Assembly (NCBI GenBank): GCA_024276425.1
Contig: JAJRXF010000094.1
Span: forward strand, 3,152 to 67,151
Origin: Actinomycetes bacterium
GTDB lineage: Bacteria > Actinomycetota > Acidimicrobiia > Acidimicrobiales > SZUA-35
Reading direction: 5' to 3'
DNA: 64,000 nt
Below are positions 10,538-19,525 of the stretch, piece after piece. Position 1 is the first letter of the stretch. Each line of letters opens with the position of its first letter. Both the position numbers and the translations under genes were made by a program. Below the pieces are notes generated by a model that had not been told where the DNA came from, did not search any database, and worked only from the letters and a program-made list of their open reading frames with translations.

Positions 10538-10593
10538 TAACCGGTAGCTCAAGGGCACGAGGGCCGACGCTCCCCTGACCAACTAACCCAAAG

Positions 10594-11346
10594 TTATTCG
10601 GCGGCCAAGAGGCTGGCGAGCGATTCGGAGATGTCGATGTTGGAATAGATGTCCTGGACGTCGTCATGATCGTCTAAGGCATCGACAAGCCCCAACACCG
10701 AGTTGGCGGTCCCAACATCGTCAACCGGCACCGTGTTGGAGGGCATCATGGTTGAGTCGGATTCGATCACTTCTAGACCCGCCTCCCCCAGAGCGGCAGC
10801 CAGCCCGACGACATCGGTTGGCTCGCAACTGAGCTGCCAGTGCTCGCCAAAGTCTTCGACATCTTCTGCTCCCGCGTCCAGGCCAACCATCATGACATCG
10901 TCCTCGTCGGCGGCCTTGGAGACCTTCACGATCCCCTTTCGCTCGAATTGCCAGGCCACGGCTCCTGGTTCGGCCAGCGATCCACCATTTTTTGACAACA
11001 GCGACCGGATCTCTGAACCAGAACGGTTGCGATTGTCGGTCAAAACGTCAATGAGTAGGGCGACACCGCCAGGGGCATAGCCCTCATAAGTAACGGGCTC
11101 GTAGTTGACACCCTCAAGTTCTCCAGTGCCCCGTTTGACCGCTCGCTCGATGGTGTCAAGAGGGACTGAGGCCGAACGGGCCTTCTGAAACATGGTTCGC
11201 AGGGTCGGGTTGGTCTCAACATCGCCCCCGCCGGTGCGCGCTGCCACCTCGACTTGCTTGATTAGCTTGGCGAAAAGCTTGCCTCGCTTGGCGTCGGTTG
11301 CGCCCTTCTTGTGCTTGATTGTGGCCCATTTAGAGTGTCCCGACAT
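10594..11346 (-). CDS. yebC: YebC/PmpR family DNA-binding transcriptional regulator
   Basis: 250 aa. Signature start MSGHSKWATIKHKKGATDAKRGKLF. Confidence 0.94.
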   Translation of the reverse strand: MSGHSKWATIKHKKGATDAKRGKLFAKLIKQVEVAARTGGGDVETNPTLRTMFQKARSASVPLDTIERAVKRGTGELEGVNYEPVTYEGYAPGGVALLIDVLTDNRNRSGSEIRSLLSKNGGSLAEPGAVAWQFERKGIVKVSKAADEDDVMMVGLDAGAEDVEDFGEHWQLSCEPTDVVGLAAALGEAGLEVIESDSTMMPSNTVPVDDVGTANSVLGLVDALDDHDDVQDIYSNIDISESLASLLAAE

Positions 11347-11439
11347 GGCGTCTCACTGTAACCAGACCCGGATGCCGATGCAGCCCGGTATGAGTTGCTG
11401 GCACGGAGTCTTGGCCCACCATGGTCCAACTAGTTCGAT

Positions 11440-12033
11440 CTAGCTAGTTCGGACGAGTTCGAGAAACAGCCGATGGATTTGGAGATCAGTGGTGAGTTCA
11501 GGGTGGAAGGCCGAGGCCATGATCGAGCCGGACTGAACTAGGACAGCAGAGCCAGCGATTGAGGCTAGAATCTCTACCGAGGGTCCGACCGCCTCAACCT
11601 TTGGGGCCCGAATGAACACAGCGCGGTAGGGGTCCTCAACGCCCCGAACGCGAAGATCGGCCTCGAATGAGTCAAGTTGGCGGCCATAACCATTGCGTCG
11701 AACCGTCGCGTCGATGACCCCAAACGAAGACTGATCTTCCCGACCATCGAGGACTTTGGTAGCTAGTAGGATCAGCCCCGCGCAGGTGCCAAAGGCAGCC
11801 ATACCATCAGCTAGGCGCTCCGCTATTGGGTGACGCAACTGGTTGAGGTCGAGCAGCTTGGAGATGGTTGTTGACTCACCCCCTGGGATGACCAAGGCAT
11901 CGACTAGCCACAACTGTGCTGGGGTTCGGACCTCGATCACCTTGAGCGAGGCGTCGCACTGCTCCAGCATCGAGACGTGTTTGGCGAAGGCCCCCTGCAG
12001 GGCCAGAACCCCGATCGTGGATGGATCGGCCAA
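11440..12033 (-). CDS. pdxT: Pyridoxal 5'-phosphate synthase glutaminase subunit PdxT
   Basis: 197 aa. IGVLALQGAF, catalytic Cys in GTCAG, FHPELT near the C-terminus. Directly downstream of pdxS. Confidence 0.94.
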   Translation of the reverse strand: MADPSTIGVLALQGAFAKHVSMLEQCDASLKVIEVRTPAQLWLVDALVIPGGESTTISKLLDLNQLRHPIAERLADGMAAFGTCAGLILLATKVLDGREDQSSFGVIDATVRRNGYGRQLDSFEADLRVRGVEDPYRAVFIRAPKVEAVGPSVEILASIAGSAVLVQSGSIMASAFHPELTTDLQIHRLFLELVRTS

Positions 12034-12039
12034 CGCGAG

Positions 12040-12936
12040 CTACCAGCCGCGTTCAGCGAACTTGACGGTGTCATCCATCCCGATTCCCGTCATCGGTGCA
12101 CCAAGTCCCCGAGAAACCCGAGCCAATACCTCCGGGTCGTCGAAGTTGGTGGTCGCCTCCACAATGGCCCGAGCCCTCGGAGCCGGATCATTGCTCTTAA
12201 AGATACCCGAGCCAACAAACACCGATTCAGCACCAAGTTGCATGGCCAAGGCGGCATCGGCCGGGGTAGCGATACCGCCCGCGCAAAACAGTGGCACTGG
12301 CAACTTCGCAGTTTGGGCGATCTCCTGGACCAGGGGAAGGGGGGCTCCAAGACGCTTGGCCCACTCGAACAATTCGGCACTATCGGCCTGGGTGATCTTA
12401 CGAATATCGCCAGTGATCGAGCGAAGATGTCGGACAGCCTCAATGATGTTGCCCGTCCCGGCCTCACCCTTTGATCGAATCATGCATGCGCCCTCCGCTA
12501 TTCGACGCAGGGCCTCTCCAAGGTTGGTTGCACCACACACAAAGGGAACATCAAAGGCGAACTTGTCAACGTGGTGAGATTCATCGGCCGGAGAAAGTAC
12601 CTCGGACTCATCCACATAGTCGACGCCGAGATACTGCAAGATTTGGGCCTCCACGAAATGGCCGATGCGAATCTTGGCCATCACCGGGATGGTACAGACC
12701 TCCTGGATGCCCGTGATCATTTCTGGGTCAGACATTCGCGAAATCCCGCCATCTCGGCGGATATCAGCCGGTACGCGCTCCAAGGCCATTACCGCCACCG
12801 CTCCGGCGTCTTCAGCAATCTTGGCTTGGTCGGGATTGACCACATCCATGATGACGCCACCCTTGAGCATTTCGGCCAAGCCGCGCTTGACCCGAACGGT
12901 TGCAGTTTCGTTCTGTACGATTTCTCTTTCTGCCAT
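12040..12936 (-). CDS. pdxS: Pyridoxal 5'-phosphate synthase lyase subunit PdxS
   Basis: The track ORF has 20 extra N-terminal codons. ATG at 12936..12934 gives [60 protein letters not shown]..., which is canonical PdxS. Confidence 0.95.
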   Translation of the reverse strand: MAEREIVQNETATVRVKRGLAEMLKGGVIMDVVNPDQAKIAEDAGAVAVMALERVPADIRRDGGISRMSDPEMITGIQEVCTIPVMAKIRIGHFVEAQILQYLGVDYVDESEVLSPADESHHVDKFAFDVPFVCGATNLGEALRRIAEGACMIRSKGEAGTGNIIEAVRHLRSITGDIRKITQADSAELFEWAKRLGAPLPLVQEIAQTAKLPVPLFCAGGIATPADAALAMQLGAESVFVGSGIFKSNDPAPRARAIVEATTNFDDPEVLARVSRGLGAPMTGIGMDDTVKFAERGW

Positions 12937-13032
12937 GGCGGGCGAGTCTAGAAGTGGCCTGAAACGACCACGGCAAAAACAGGCCAATTTCTCCAACGAA
13001 GGAAACCTTAACCCAGAACAGCAATCGCCCCC

Positions 13033-13070
13033 TCATCACCCGCTATCACCTTCATCACCCGCTATCACCT
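13033..13070. repeat. Perfect 19-bp tandem duplication TCATCACCCGCTATCACCT x2 in the pdxS upstream region
   Basis: Read directly: copies at 13033..13051 and 13052..13070. They lie ~100 nt upstream of the pdxS start and just downstream of the DUF3048 gene stop. Confidence 0.9.
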
Positions 13071-13085
13071 TCGGAGTGGTTTCGA

Positions 13086-14198
13086 CTATGACTCCGGCAG
13101 CTTCGTTGCTCCTCCATCGGGCAAAAGCACCCAGGTTCGACCAGGGGTTAAGGTAATCAGATCGCCATTCTCGTCAGTAAGGATCGGCTTTTCATCGGCG
13201 GCATCGCGAGTCCATGTTCCGGCGATGACACGCCCAAGTGTCAGAACATAAACCTTTCCCGATCCAACGGTTTGAACCTCGGGTGAGATGGGATCTGCGG
13301 GGCTGACCGTGTAGATCGTTTCCATTATCACAACGTTTTCCGGCGCTAGCTGATCGCCAGTGATCGTGGTGTGCGGCCGACCGTCTTGGGTCCGAAGCCA
13401 CCCCTGGCGTCCCTCGTCCCAGGTGTGGGTAACCACTGGACTGCCCTTGTAGGCAATGGTAATCGGTCCCTCATAGAGCAGCGCCGTATCCGGAAGTTCC
13501 TCGCCCGGACTTCGGTAGGTGAACCAGGCGGTGGGGGGCTCATTAGATTCCGCTAGGGCAAACAGGTCGGCGGTATTCACATAGAGATTATGGGGTGCGG
13601 GACGCGAGCTATCTCGAAAGTATTCAGTCCGGCTCAGAGCAGTCACCGCCTGAATGGGAAGGCTGCGAAGCCCATTGGCCACATAGTCGTTGCCGCCCGA
13701 GGAGGCGTAGAGCGGATTGTCCATGCCCCGAAGAATGTCAAAGTCTGATGTTCGGCTAGATCGAACCGGGCCAACGGGAGCTGGGGTCCTCGAATGGAAG
13801 GCCGCCGCAAACCTTGTGACACCCTCGGCCCTCATCTCAAACACGATGTCTGCCTGATCCAGGCCAGTTTGGGGACGGGCATTTGGATGATTGTCAATCT
13901 TCACAACCAGGGCAGGACGTTCAAGGTCCACATCCGATGCCACGTTCAGCCCGGTGAGGGGAGCAACCGGGCCATCGGGCACCGCTACTGCCTCGGTGAT
14001 GGTCGCAGCATCGAGCGTTGAGGTCGTTGTCGTTGTGCCTTCAACCGCGGCAGAAACGACCGTTGTCGACTCGGCCACCTCCACCGAACCGTTGCTGGAG
14101 CACGCCGAGGCAACAAGTGCCAAAACCAGGATTGACCCCATGAGACGGGTGCGCCAGCGAAGGTCTGGACGGGCGGTAGAACCAGTTGAACTGGGCAT
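13086..14198 (-). CDS. DUF3048 (YerB-like) domain lipoprotein
   Basis: 370 aa. Basic n-region plus lipobox LVASAC, T-rich linker, then VVKIDNHPNARPQTGLDQADIVFEMRAEGVTRFAAAFHS, characteristic of DUF3048. The ATG immediately follows the upstream stop (TGAATG). Confidence 0.8.
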   Translation of the reverse strand: MPSSTGSTARPDLRWRTRLMGSILVLALVASACSSNGSVEVAESTTVVSAAVEGTTTTTSTLDAATITEAVAVPDGPVAPLTGLNVASDVDLERPALVVKIDNHPNARPQTGLDQADIVFEMRAEGVTRFAAAFHSRTPAPVGPVRSSRTSDFDILRGMDNPLYASSGGNDYVANGLRSLPIQAVTALSRTEYFRDSSRPAPHNLYVNTADLFALAESNEPPTAWFTYRSPGEELPDTALLYEGPITIAYKGSPVVTHTWDEGRQGWLRTQDGRPHTTITGDQLAPENVVIMETIYTVSPADPISPEVQTVGSGKVYVLTLGRVIAGTWTRDAADEKPILTDENGDLITLTPGRTWVLLPDGGATKLPES

Positions 14199-14990
14199 TC
14201 ATAGCTCCAAAAGAATATCAATTCGCCACGCAAGGGGCGAATGAGGAACCGCAGCCTCGGTGCTCAGAGGCGGGGCGATCCACAGATGATCGTTACCGGC
14301 GGTCGCCAAAGCCGGATGGTAAGACTCCGACATCTTCTTAAGTGCAGACGAAAGACCCGGTGGATAGCGGGTCACTCCGACCGCGGCTCGATCAGCGGCT
14401 ACGTCGCCATCGTCTTGAACGAGCCGTCTCATCGCCCACGTACCAAGTGTCGGACCCAAGAAGGAAAGAGGTCCATCAAAGAACAAAGATCCGACGGTGC
14501 CCGCCGCCATCGTGTCAAACTCTGCCTTCCCGCTCTTGATACCAACCAGAAGTTCGGCAACGATGCCCTCCTGTTCCATCCGCCCCAGGCCATATAGCAG
14601 ACCCGACGTCACGAGGATAGATGCACCATCTTGACCAACATGAGGACAGGCGTTTAGCGCAGGATCATCAGCTATGTAAAGCACCGGCTCATCCGTGCCA
14701 GTCAACAGACTGAGGCCCTCCACCAAATTGCTAAGACCAGGGTCGGTGCACAGGCGAGTTGGGTCGAGCCCAAGCTGGGAAGCCACCCGGCCGCTTGCCC
14801 CCCGGATCCACCACCCAATCAAGAGCAGGCCCAACCCAATTGCCAACGGAACGCCAAAGACCCACGATGCTCCGGCGACCGTCAAGATGAGGGCGAAAGG
14901 TAGGAGGAGAAAAAGGCTCAACAGCCCAACAAGCAGGAACATCGTCGACCGAAATCGGGCGCTCTGTCGAGCATTCTTGGCGACTCGCAC
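14199..14990 (-). CDS. M48/HtpX-like membrane protein lacking the HExxH zinc site (predicted pseudo-peptidase)
   Basis: 263 aa with two N-terminal TM helices. Collinear with HtpX: LYIADDPALNA, ADRAAVGVTRYPPGLSSALKKM, HLWIAPP, HSPLAWRI. Where HExxH is expected the sequence reads IVAELLVGIK. Confidence 0.7.
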   Translation of the reverse strand: MRVAKNARQSARFRSTMFLLVGLLSLFLLLPFALILTVAGASWVFGVPLAIGLGLLLIGWWIRGASGRVASQLGLDPTRLCTDPGLSNLVEGLSLLTGTDEPVLYIADDPALNACPHVGQDGASILVTSGLLYGLGRMEQEGIVAELLVGIKSGKAEFDTMAAGTVGSLFFDGPLSFLGPTLGTWAMRRLVQDDGDVAADRAAVGVTRYPPGLSSALKKMSESYHPALATAGNDHLWIAPPLSTEAAVPHSPLAWRIDILLEL

Positions 14991-15178
14991 GTTCCTCCTG
15001 TTTCATTCGGCTGGACCAGCCTGCGCAGGTCAGACGAACCACTGCCGTTGAGCTTGAGCGACAAACTGTAGCCGACACTCCGACCCTCCTGGCGGTCATT
15101 CCAGCCGTAGCTACAATTACCTATCACCTACCCATCGCCAGGCCAGATGCACACTCGGCGCTCGGCGCCACAGGAGTT

Positions 15179-16255
15179 CTATGTGGGCCTGATTACCCGT
15201 TCATAGTGGCCAAGGTAAGCCCGAGCGAGCCGGTCCATCGAAAATTCTCTTGCCCGCACATCCGCCCGTTTGATCATCTGCTCGACGGAGGGCCCCCGAT
15301 CAAGAATTCGAAGTAGCGACTTGGCCAGTGCCCTCGGATCTCCCGTGGAGAAAAGCTGGGCCTGTGTGCCATCACCTGCGGTTACCCGATAGGCACGAAG
15401 ATCCGAGGCGACGACCGGAGTACCGGCCGCCATACCTTCGAGCAGAACAATGCCAAAGCTCTCCCCCCCAAGGGAGGGAACGCAAAGAACATCTGCTCCA
15501 GCAAGCCGCGCCGCCTTTTGCGAATCCGTCATTGTGCCGAGCCAAACCAACCGCTCATTGTCTCCATGAAGTTGGCGAAGTCTCCGAGTTTCGGGTCCTT
15601 GTCCCCCGATCCACACGGTGACCTCGGGAGGCAGTAGACGGGCCGCATCAAGCAAAACTTCCAGTCCTTTGCGGGGCTCGTGCCGAGCCAAGAAGAAGAC
15701 CGTAGGCCCGGACTTTGGGGACGGGTGAGCGGAGGCAAATCGGTCGATCTCGATTCCATTGAAGAGGATCTCGTACTGTCCACCAAGGTGTCGTTGGGCC
15801 ATTCCTGCTGCTTCAGCCGATACCGCGACCTTGGAGTCGAGCCGCTGAGTCAGCTTCTTCAACAAGGGTCGGAGCCGCTTGTATGCGTTTACCTCGCCAC
15901 TGGCGTGGAATGTCCCCACCAAGGGAACCGGCTTAACCGTAAGAGCGGTGAGCGTTGGCCCTGGCGCCAGTGGCTCATGAAGATGTAAAACATCAAAGCG
16001 CTCGTCCCAGATTGCACTCAAGACCCGCAGTTGAGCGGGCACATCGGGGGCAAGAGGCGCAATCGAGCCATTTTGGGCATAGGGCATCGAGTTTCCGAGA
16101 GGGGTAACGAACGGCTCGGGAGGCAGACCATCGCAGGGAGCCAACACCTGAACTGCCACTCCGTGAGTCCGCAATGATCGAGCGAGACCGAGAACCTGGG
16201 ATTGGACGCCACCCCAGACCCCAAGGCTATAGGGACAGATCATTCCGACTCGCAC
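15179..16255 (-). CDS. pimA: Phosphatidyl-myo-inositol mannosyltransferase PimA (GT4)
   Basis: 358 aa. MRVGMICPYSLGVWGGVQSQVL... is closely collinear with M. tuberculosis PimA as I recall it. GGESFGIVLLEGMAAG is the E-x7-E region. Operon order pgsA-patA-pimA. Confidence 0.88.
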   Translation of the reverse strand: MRVGMICPYSLGVWGGVQSQVLGLARSLRTHGVAVQVLAPCDGLPPEPFVTPLGNSMPYAQNGSIAPLAPDVPAQLRVLSAIWDERFDVLHLHEPLAPGPTLTALTVKPVPLVGTFHASGEVNAYKRLRPLLKKLTQRLDSKVAVSAEAAGMAQRHLGGQYEILFNGIEIDRFASAHPSPKSGPTVFFLARHEPRKGLEVLLDAARLLPPEVTVWIGGQGPETRRLRQLHGDNERLVWLGTMTDSQKAARLAGADVLCVPSLGGESFGIVLLEGMAAGTPVVASDLRAYRVTAGDGTQAQLFSTGDPRALAKSLLRILDRGPSVEQMIKRADVRAREFSMDRLARAYLGHYERVIRPT

Positions 16256-16264
16256 GGGGCGAGC

Positions 16265-17137
16265 TTAGGTCAGGTCCGGCCAATTTGGTTGTAGAACATG
16301 CCATTGACCGGGCTGGGCGGCGATTAACTTCTCTAACTCACTGGTTAAGGTCTGGGTTGTTTCGGCCACAGCCTGGCGAAGGGGGAGATTCGTGTCGGGA
16401 CGTATTGGGGCGCCAACCCGACAGAAACACTCTGAACCGCGGAAGTAAACGACCGTTGGAAGAAGGACCGTCCCTGATCGAGCAGCAAGAAGGGCCGGGC
16501 CGGACGGAACCGTGGTTCTGTGCCCAAAAAACTCGACTTGTTGACCACCGCCCTCGATGTCCCGATCGGCCAACAAACACACAACATGGCCGTCCTTGAT
16601 TGCCCGCAGAAGAGGGCGTGCTGCCCCCGGGCCAAGAGGCACGATCGAGATTCCATACGATTGGCGAAGGTCGGCGAACCACTCAAAAACATCGGCTGGT
16701 TCGAGCCGTTCCACCACCGCCGTCACCGGGATTTGAGCCACTCGTCCAAGCCATGCGGCTGCCCATTCCCAACCGCCGACATGGGGAAGAACCATTATCG
16801 GCCCAAGTCCGGCATCAATGCAATCAATGATGTGCCCATAGCCCTCGACCTCAAAACCCCGATCGATTATCTCCGGGGTCAGGGAGGGAAGCCGCAAGGT
16901 ATCAGCCCAGTACCGTCCATAGGACCCAAACCCTTCCTCGACATAGCCAGCCAACTCCGATGGGGTGGCGTCCGGGCAAACGCGCCGAAGATTCGATGAC
17001 AACCCCTCCGCCAGAGACGGTCGAACCATTGGAATGCGCTTTCCAATCTCGAAGGCCACTCGGGGAACAAGCCGACTTGGGACAAGCCGAATCAAGATAG
17101 TCCCGGCCTGAAGTAACCGAAGAGGCCTACTGGCCAC
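16265..17137 (-). CDS. patA: Phosphatidylinositol mannoside acyltransferase (HtrB/LpxL family, PatA-like)
   Basis: 290 aa lauroyl/myristoyl acyltransferase family. Lies between pgsA and pimA as Rv2611c does. Confidence 0.8.
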   Translation of the reverse strand: MASRPLRLLQAGTILIRLVPSRLVPRVAFEIGKRIPMVRPSLAEGLSSNLRRVCPDATPSELAGYVEEGFGSYGRYWADTLRLPSLTPEIIDRGFEVEGYGHIIDCIDAGLGPIMVLPHVGGWEWAAAWLGRVAQIPVTAVVERLEPADVFEWFADLRQSYGISIVPLGPGAARPLLRAIKDGHVVCLLADRDIEGGGQQVEFFGHRTTVPSGPALLAARSGTVLLPTVVYFRGSECFCRVGAPIRPDTNLPLRQAVAETTQTLTSELEKLIAAQPGQWHVLQPNWPDLT

Positions 17138-17140
17138 TGC

Positions 17141-17836
17141 CTAACGCTTCAGCCGGGTACGCCGCCGAGCGCTAGCTCGCTGCGAAAGCGAGCCACTGCG
17201 GGCCTTTCGCCGCCTACTCAGAGGGCGTGGGGGAACAAGTGGCGGCTTTTGACTGGCTTGGCGCCAGACCTTGATGAATCGAAAAACCGCCGTTGCAACC
17301 GTCAACGCCAACATCAACCACAAGACGGCCTGAAACAGACCGGAAAAAACTAGACCAACACCCAGAGCCAGGAAGCGCTCAGCTCGTTCCATCAGCCCAC
17401 CCTTGGCGTCATAGCCGAGCGACTCGGCTTTGGCCCGCATGTAGGAAACCATCATGGCCGCGATTAACAGGGCGATGGGGAGCATAGCTAGGCGCGGGAC
17501 ATCGCCCTCGAGGAAGAAAAAGGCGGCCCCGGCAAAGATCAGGCCGTCGCTCAGCCGATCCGAGACGGAGTCGAGGAATGCGCCCCGGGGACCGGCCGTA
17601 CCTCCGGCCTTAGCCACCGCGCCATCAAGGGCGTCTGGAAGCCCGGTGAGGGCCAGAAAGACAAACGCAATAAAGAAGCGACCCGTACCGATGGCTACGG
17701 CACAAGCGGCAGACATCACAACCCCAGCAGCAGTAACAAAATCGGGTGAGACTCCCAACTTCTGCAGAGCAGCCCCCATTGGGGCGACAGCTCTATCAAA
17801 GGGACCTCGCAGATTACCGTCGAACATGTCGGTCAT
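17141..17836 (-). CDS. pgsA: CDP-alcohol phosphatidyltransferase (phosphatidylinositol phosphate synthase, PgsA1-like)
   Basis: 231 aa. CDP-alcohol motif DALDGAVAK...GAFLDSVSDRLSD, multi-TM, basic C-terminal tail. First gene of the PIM operon. Confidence 0.85.
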   Translation of the reverse strand: MTDMFDGNLRGPFDRAVAPMGAALQKLGVSPDFVTAAGVVMSAACAVAIGTGRFFIAFVFLALTGLPDALDGAVAKAGGTAGPRGAFLDSVSDRLSDGLIFAGAAFFFLEGDVPRLAMLPIALLIAAMMVSYMRAKAESLGYDAKGGLMERAERFLALGVGLVFSGLFQAVLWLMLALTVATAVFRFIKVWRQASQKPPLVPPRPLSRRRKARSGSLSQRASARRRTRLKR

Positions 17837-17850
17837 AGTACCGCACTAGC

Positions 17851-18372
17851 GTGGAGAGGGTGACCGATCGATTTAGTCAACTCTCTGCCCGTGACACCGC
17901 CATTACCCTGCGTTCACTCGGCCGCCGGATCACCAACGCCGCCACTCCCGCTCTAGCGGCGGAGTTTGAGACCGTACTGTCGAGCCCCGGCCCAGAAGGC
18001 CTTTCGCTTGATGAATTGTTGGATCAGGCCGCCAGGACACAAGCCTTTTTGCTTAACGAGATTGCCCGCAGCCTCGACCATAAGGATCCGGTTGTCCCCG
18101 CGGCCACCCTTCTTCGAAGCGAACGTCATTTCGTCGAAGCGCGGCTGGCATCACCAGCCGATGCATTGGCCAGCATACGAACCGACACCCAGGCGAGTGC
18201 CGAGCGGGTCGAGCTTGCCGATGCCCGCGCACTCGGCCGACCGGTTTCCGTTCTGGGTGGGGGTTCAACCTCCCCTCTTAGCATCGCCCAGGAGGCAGCC
18301 CGTTCGGGAATCGACGCACTAGGGCAGATACAAACACAGGTCGACTGGTTGGTCCGCTCCGACAAGGGCTAA
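17851..18372 (+). CDS. Hypothetical protein
   Basis: 173 aa, GTG start. It is the only long ORF covering this 520-bp stretch, and its codon pattern resembles neighbouring genes. I recognise no motif. It is divergent from pgsA with only 14 bp between the start codons. Confidence 0.55.
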   Translation: MERVTDRFSQLSARDTAITLRSLGRRITNAATPALAAEFETVLSSPGPEGLSLDELLDQAARTQAFLLNEIARSLDHKDPVVPAATLLRSERHFVEARLASPADALASIRTDTQASAERVELADARALGRPVSVLGGGSTSPLSIAQEAARSGIDALGQIQTQVDWLVRSDKG

Positions 18373-18390
18373 GCCAAGGGGGAAATCGGG

Positions 18391-18909
18391 TCAAACATCG
18401 AGCTTGGACCAATCCTCAGGATTGTCTTCGACCAGGGAATCCACGATGCCTCCATCGACCCCATCGACCAGCACTAGGGCTCGCTTGGTCGGCGGGTCCT
18501 CGGCCGAGTACAACAGGACCCTCCAGGTCGGCCGGCTCAAAACCCCTCGCCAGCCCATCTGGGCCGAGGCATGCCCAACCGGAAAACCAATCTCCTTTAT
18601 CGAGGCCACCAGCGCATCACGCTCGTCGACATCAAGACTTTTGCCGGCCACAATGCTATAGAGCCCAAGCACACTCAGCAGGAGGGCGGCACCGAGAAGC
18701 CCTCGATTGACCAAAATGCCCTCGCCTCGCAGGACGTAAAGCCCAACAAGCCCACCCGCACAGACCAAGTAGATGTATCCCGGGATCCGCCGCCGGCTGT
18801 TGTTGGGAAACTCATACTCATCCTGATCGGCTAACGCTGGTTGCAGATCCTCAGGGAGTTCATCAACCACCTCATCCCGGCTTGGTGGATCATCGTCGGT
18901 TTTGGACAC
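18391..18909 (-). CDS. Hypothetical membrane protein (acidic N-terminus, 2 TM, small C-terminal domain)
   Basis: 172 aa. Two hydrophobic helices: IYLVCAGGLVGLYVL and LLGAALLLSVLGLYSIVA. Same strand as HIT and thrS. Confidence 0.65.
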   Translation of the reverse strand: MSKTDDDPPSRDEVVDELPEDLQPALADQDEYEFPNNSRRRIPGYIYLVCAGGLVGLYVLRGEGILVNRGLLGAALLLSVLGLYSIVAGKSLDVDERDALVASIKEIGFPVGHASAQMGWRGVLSRPTWRVLLYSAEDPPTKRALVLVDGVDGGIVDSLVEDNPEDWSKLDV

Positions 18910-18998
18910 CCAATCACGCTAATACCCCCGAAACGAATTGCACGCATCGCGGCTCCCCCTTCCGACTGGATCCATGCGAGGAGAGTTAGCGGGACTAG

Positions 18999-19523
18999 CT
19001 AGCCCCTTGGCCAGGCATCACGAAGCCGCCTCCAGGAGTCGACCAAGGTCATCGGCAACACCCGCGCCTCAGCGACAGTCGTCATGAAGTTTGTGTCCGC
19101 ATTCCAACGGGGGACAATGTGTACGTGGAGGTGATCTGGTTGGGAGCCTCCACCGGCCTGACCAAGATTGAGGCCCACATTGAGGCCATGAGGGCGGAAG
19201 GCGTCTGTAACAGCCTGGGTCCCCAGCCGAACCGACTCCCAAAGTTCTGCGTGGACGTTGGGGGACAGGTCGAGGATCGACTCCACCGGCTCGTAGGGGA
19301 GAATCATCAGGTGACCACTGGTGTAGGGAAACACATTGAGAAGGGCGAATGTTTTCTCACCTCGCCAGACCACATACGTCTGATTGTCAGGAAGACCGCT
19401 TTGTTCGATGGTCTGGAAGAGCGTCTTTCCCGGCTCGACGTCAAGCTTGGCATGAGGCAGCCCATCTGCACCCATGAGAGGCCAGTGAGTCATCTTCCAA
19501 CCGGCGCGAATACGTTCCATCAC
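18999..19523 (-). CDS. HIT family protein (Ap4A phosphorylase/Rv2613c-like)
   Basis: 174 aa. Histidine triad HLHVHIVPRW. Directly downstream of thrS, as in mycobacteria. Confidence 0.88.
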   Translation of the reverse strand: MMERIRAGWKMTHWPLMGADGLPHAKLDVEPGKTLFQTIEQSGLPDNQTYVVWRGEKTFALLNVFPYTSGHLMILPYEPVESILDLSPNVHAELWESVRLGTQAVTDAFRPHGLNVGLNLGQAGGGSQPDHLHVHIVPRWNADTNFMTTVAEARVLPMTLVDSWRRLRDAWPRG

Positions 19524-19525
19524 GA

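Noticed and set aside
11843-12577. 244-aa plus-strand ORF, with many similar 100-200-aa ORFs elsewhere (e.g. 8426..8914, 1599..2054, 36477..36974, 49096..49719).
   Set aside because: They lie antisense to, or out of frame within, strongly supported genes such as pdxS/pdxT and ruvC. Their Ala/Arg/Ser/Pro-rich composition is typical of shadow ORFs in high-GC DNA.
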